Virus record (IMG/VR): IMGVR_UViG_3300027708_000026
Coordinates: 32,001 to 96,000 of that record
Strand: one strand, 5' to 3'
DNA length: 64,000 nt
From: a virus
The first letter of the stretch is position 1, and the number at the start of each line of letters is the position of its first letter. Shown here piece after piece: positions 61,186 through 64,000 of the stretch. The notes under the pieces are model-generated. The model saw nothing but the letters and a program-made list of their open reading frames with translations, ran no database searches and was not told where the DNA came from. Position numbers and translations under genes: made by a program.

Positions 61186-62400
61186 TTAGTTGTCCGCGTT
61201 GGGTTTTAAGGCTTTGCTCAATGCTTGGCGTTCATTTATAATCTTACCGCCCACTGTTGATGTTGTATTATTGTTAATGAAGCCAGTTTTTTGAGTTTTT
61301 CTAACCTGGGCACCCATTGTTATTGCAGCATAGTCATTAGCACCGGTGTTATCCATGGTCATCCTAACATTTTGTTCAAACATTTTCCAGTGTGTGCCTT
61401 CATATCTGAATAGTCTATTAGGCAAGTAGTCAGTACGCAAATAAAACTGTCCGTTCAAAGGGCTTGGTGGAAACGTAATACCTTGACTGAACGGAGAACC
61501 ATTTGCAGGTATCCCGTCACCAGTTAGATAGCCTACATATAAATCTCTAGAAGGACTTTGTAATACAATACTGGCATCGAATGTGGCATTGTCAATGCTA
61601 ACATCCATTCTATCATCAGATACATCAGCAATATTCATCAGCCCGTCATCTTTTAAAGGTAACACATAATATCCTGTGGTATCATATCCGCTTTTTGGTG
61701 CATCCAGCTCTGCCTGTGCGATGACCTGATTATTAATCTCAATACTTTTAGAATAGGTACTGAGTAAATCTCTGAGTGTGCTTCCATCTCCGTTACCGCT
61801 ATCAACATCTAGAATCTCTGCAAATTCTTGGCTATCAACTAGTGGTGAACATTTTGCTTTTAATAAATGAGGATACCAAGTAGGGCTAAATCCCGCTGCC
61901 GGCCTAGTTACTTCCTGTACTACATAAAATCTTTTTAGAGCTGTAATATTATTCTGATCTAATCCATAGTCATCTTGCAAGTGTGGCAACTCCAACACAT
62001 CTCCAGCCATGAGTTTTCGACTGAGTGCATCAACACTAGTTTTTATATGGAAATGCATCATGATATTATCGTTATTCAGCATTATGCCAAACTGTGTGAG
62101 ATTGAAATCTAAATCCTGCATGGTATAAATTCCACGAATTATGTACACATCGGGATCATATTTCCTATCTCGATTCTCCATCAATAATACATCTTGGATA
62201 CCTAATTCTGGAACAGTATTTCCGCTAGTATTAGGTTGAGCAGGTGAGGCTTCTCCCCCAACTTCGTCTGGGCTAACTGGACCTAAATATTTGTGGACAT
62301 ATATATCAGTGCCGCCAACTTGGAATTGTTCACCGATTATTCTATCTATGAATTTAAAATCATTGCCCTTTTCGGGTTTGTATAAACTGAGTCTTGGCAT
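61186..62400 (-). CDS. Neck / head-closure protein, gp14-like
   Basis: GGTDIYVHKY, LLMENRDRKY, LTQFGI, MAGDVLELPH; between gp13- and gp15-like genes. Confidence 0.65.
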   Translation of the reverse strand: MPRLSLYKPEKGNDFKFIDRIIGEQFQVGGTDIYVHKYLGPVSPDEVGGEASPAQPNTSGNTVPELGIQDVLLMENRDRKYDPDVYIIRGIYTMQDLDFNLTQFGIMLNNDNIMMHFHIKTSVDALSRKLMAGDVLELPHLQDDYGLDQNNITALKRFYVVQEVTRPAAGFSPTWYPHLLKAKCSPLVDSQEFAEILDVDSGNGDGSTLRDLLSTYSKSIEINNQVIAQAELDAPKSGYDTTGYYVLPLKDDGLMNIADVSDDRMDVSIDNATFDASIVLQSPSRDLYVGYLTGDGIPANGSPFSQGITFPPSPLNGQFYLRTDYLPNRLFRYEGTHWKMFEQNVRMTMDNTGANDYAAITMGAQVRKTQKTGFINNNTTSTVGGKIINERQALSKALKPNADN

Positions 62401-62408
62401 AGTACTTG

Positions 62409-62422
62409 TATTTAACTAAATA
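62409..62422. promoter_or_regulatory. Back-to-back late promoters: TAAATA (-, 62409-62414) and CTAAATA (+, 62416-62422)
   Basis: 27-bp intergenic region holds both; 8 nt and 5 nt from the respective ATGs. Confidence 0.65.
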
Positions 62423-62427
62423 ATCGT

Positions 62428-63186
62428 ATGACTGATACCGAAACCGCCCGACAAATAATCGTAGAATATGTTAAAACCATGCTAGGGTCTGGCATGATTG
62501 ACGTGGAATTAGACCCAGTTCATTACAATGTTGCTATTGATAAGTCACTAGCAAAATATCGCCAACGCAGTAGCAATGCTGTAGAGGAAAGTTTTGGATT
62601 TTTGACCCTAAACACCGATAATAATGAATATGTAATGCCCAAAGAAGTTGTCGAAGTTAGACAGCTATTTCGCAGAAGCATTGGCAGCAGAACTGGTGGG
62701 GGAGACGGCGGCAGTTTGTTCGAGCCATTTAACCTAGCCTATAGTAATACATATTTGTTAGCTTCTACTAATATGGGCGGCCTTGCAACTTATTATGCAT
62801 TTGCCAGCTATCAAAAACAAGTCGGAAAAATGTTTGGCGGTGAGATCAATTTCACTTACAATAAAACCAGTAAAGTATTGAATATAATGCAACGCCCTAG
62901 AGCGGGTGAAGAAGTGCTAGTTTGGATGTACAACTATCGTCCAGATTTTAATCTGTTGGATGATATGTATGCCGGACAGTGGATCAAAGATTATGCTTTG
63001 GCCAATGCTAAGGTAATCCTAGGCGAAGCAAGGGAGAAATTTGGGACTATTGCTAGCCCACAAGGCGGAACACAGTTAAATGGCACCACCTTGAAAACCG
63101 AAGGCAAAGCTGAAATGGAAATTTTAGAGCAAGATCTAATCAATTACAAAGAGGGCGGAACACCGCTAACCTGGGTAACTGGATAA
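62428..63186 (+). CDS. Neck / head-tail adaptor, gp13-like
   Basis: LGSGMIDVELD, WIKDYALANAKVILGEAREKF...PQGGTQLNG motifs of gp13. Confidence 0.85.
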   Translation: MTDTETARQIIVEYVKTMLGSGMIDVELDPVHYNVAIDKSLAKYRQRSSNAVEESFGFLTLNTDNNEYVMPKEVVEVRQLFRRSIGSRTGGGDGGSLFEPFNLAYSNTYLLASTNMGGLATYYAFASYQKQVGKMFGGEINFTYNKTSKVLNIMQRPRAGEEVLVWMYNYRPDFNLLDDMYAGQWIKDYALANAKVILGEAREKFGTIASPQGGTQLNGTTLKTEGKAEMEILEQDLINYKEGGTPLTWVTG

Positions 63187-63189
63187 AGG

Positions 63190-63218
63190 TTGACTTACAG
63201 GCAAAGATCCTGTAGACT
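63190..63218 (+). promoter_or_regulatory. Sigma70-type promoter (TTGACT-17 nt-TAGACT) with internal inverted repeat
   Basis: TTGACT 63190-63195, TAGACT 63213-63218, ATG 6 nt later; TACAGG/CCTGTA inverted repeat. Confidence 0.55.
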
Positions 63219-63224
63219 TTATCT

Positions 63225-63998
63225 ATGCGTCAAATTGAAGTATTCTATCATGTATTAATCCCTTCAGATATAAGGGCAGCTCATTGGCCCTGGTTGATAG
63301 ATTTGCAATTATCTTTGATAAGAGATAGTCAGTTGTCATCTATTGCTAAAATTAACATGGCCATTACAATGCCCAAGCATTGGGCATTTATTCATTCACC
63401 CTCATTAACTTTTAGAAAAAACAAAGAGATAACTGCTGAAATTAGTTTTGAACACAAAGTCAGAGAATATATAAATCTAAGATATCCATTTGTTAGCATA
63501 TTAGACATTCGTGACAGTGGGGAACCTAATTTATGTGAGGGTCAGACGCTAAAACTATTATGGGATAGGTGCAATGATGTCGATGTAGATGTGCTCTACA
63601 TTCACGGTAAAGGAGTAATTAGTTCATCCGCACCTGTAGCAAATTGGCGAGATATTCTAAACCATTATTTTATTACTAAATGGCCCAAAGCTATCGTAAA
63701 TTTATCCCATTCAGATGTAGTGGGTATTAGAGATGCCACTCCGGAGACTGAAAGACTCATGACCAGCGGTAATTTTTGGTGGTCAAAATCTAGTCATATT
63801 CGAACTCTACCTGACCCAACCCAATCACAGCATTACATGTCAGACCCAGTATTTCATCCCGGCGGTCCAAGTTACAGATGGGCTATGGAATATTGGGTTA
63901 GATTAAACGATCCATCGTTTCATTGTTTAGTAGATACTAAAACTTGTCATTTTGATGATTATTGCTTCTTGGAAGATTTATTAAAATTAAATCCTTGA
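63225..63998 (+). CDS. Hypothetical protein, possibly glycosyltransferase-like
   Basis: VLYIHGKG...WR...SGNFWWSKSSHIRTLPDP...EYW motif set; function not certain. Confidence 0.5.
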   Translation: MRQIEVFYHVLIPSDIRAAHWPWLIDLQLSLIRDSQLSSIAKINMAITMPKHWAFIHSPSLTFRKNKEITAEISFEHKVREYINLRYPFVSILDIRDSGEPNLCEGQTLKLLWDRCNDVDVDVLYIHGKGVISSSAPVANWRDILNHYFITKWPKAIVNLSHSDVVGIRDATPETERLMTSGNFWWSKSSHIRTLPDPTQSQHYMSDPVFHPGGPSYRWAMEYWVRLNDPSFHCLVDTKTCHFDDYCFLEDLLKLNP

Positions 63999-64000
63999 CA

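Overview
A 64-kb segment of a large lytic T4-like (gp23/gp20/gp55-type) myophage genome, most likely an uncultured jumbo phage, read in the standard genetic code. Gene order: (-) giant >2400-aa virion protein running off the left edge (absent from the ORF track), baseplate genes (gp6-, gp25-, gp5-, gp27-, gp53-, gp48/54-like); (+) late sigma factor gp55, gp47/gp46 (Mre11/Rad50), histone Hc1-like protein(s), a minimal GIY-YIG nuclease immediately followed by a ~440-nt highly structured non-coding region; gp26/gp51-like chaperone pair with a -1 slippery site; tape measure, portal, prohead core, protease, scaffold, major capsid; ~25 kb of very large fibre/virion proteins; Nudix, gp15-, gp14-, gp13-like neck genes. 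T4-type late promoters (TAAATA core) precede most structural genes. Best candidates for new biology: (1) the GIY-YIG plus large pseudoknotted RNA locus (21454-22320); (2) a 2195-aa virion protein with seven ~165-aa repeats carrying the phycobiliprotein bilin-attachment signature CxRD; (3) a lambda G/GT-like -1 frameshift in the gp26/gp51 pair; (4) a three-hairpin leader downstream of the capsid gene; (5) a seven-bladed FG-GAP propeller in the giant virion protein. All family calls are from motif recognition by eye, not database searches.
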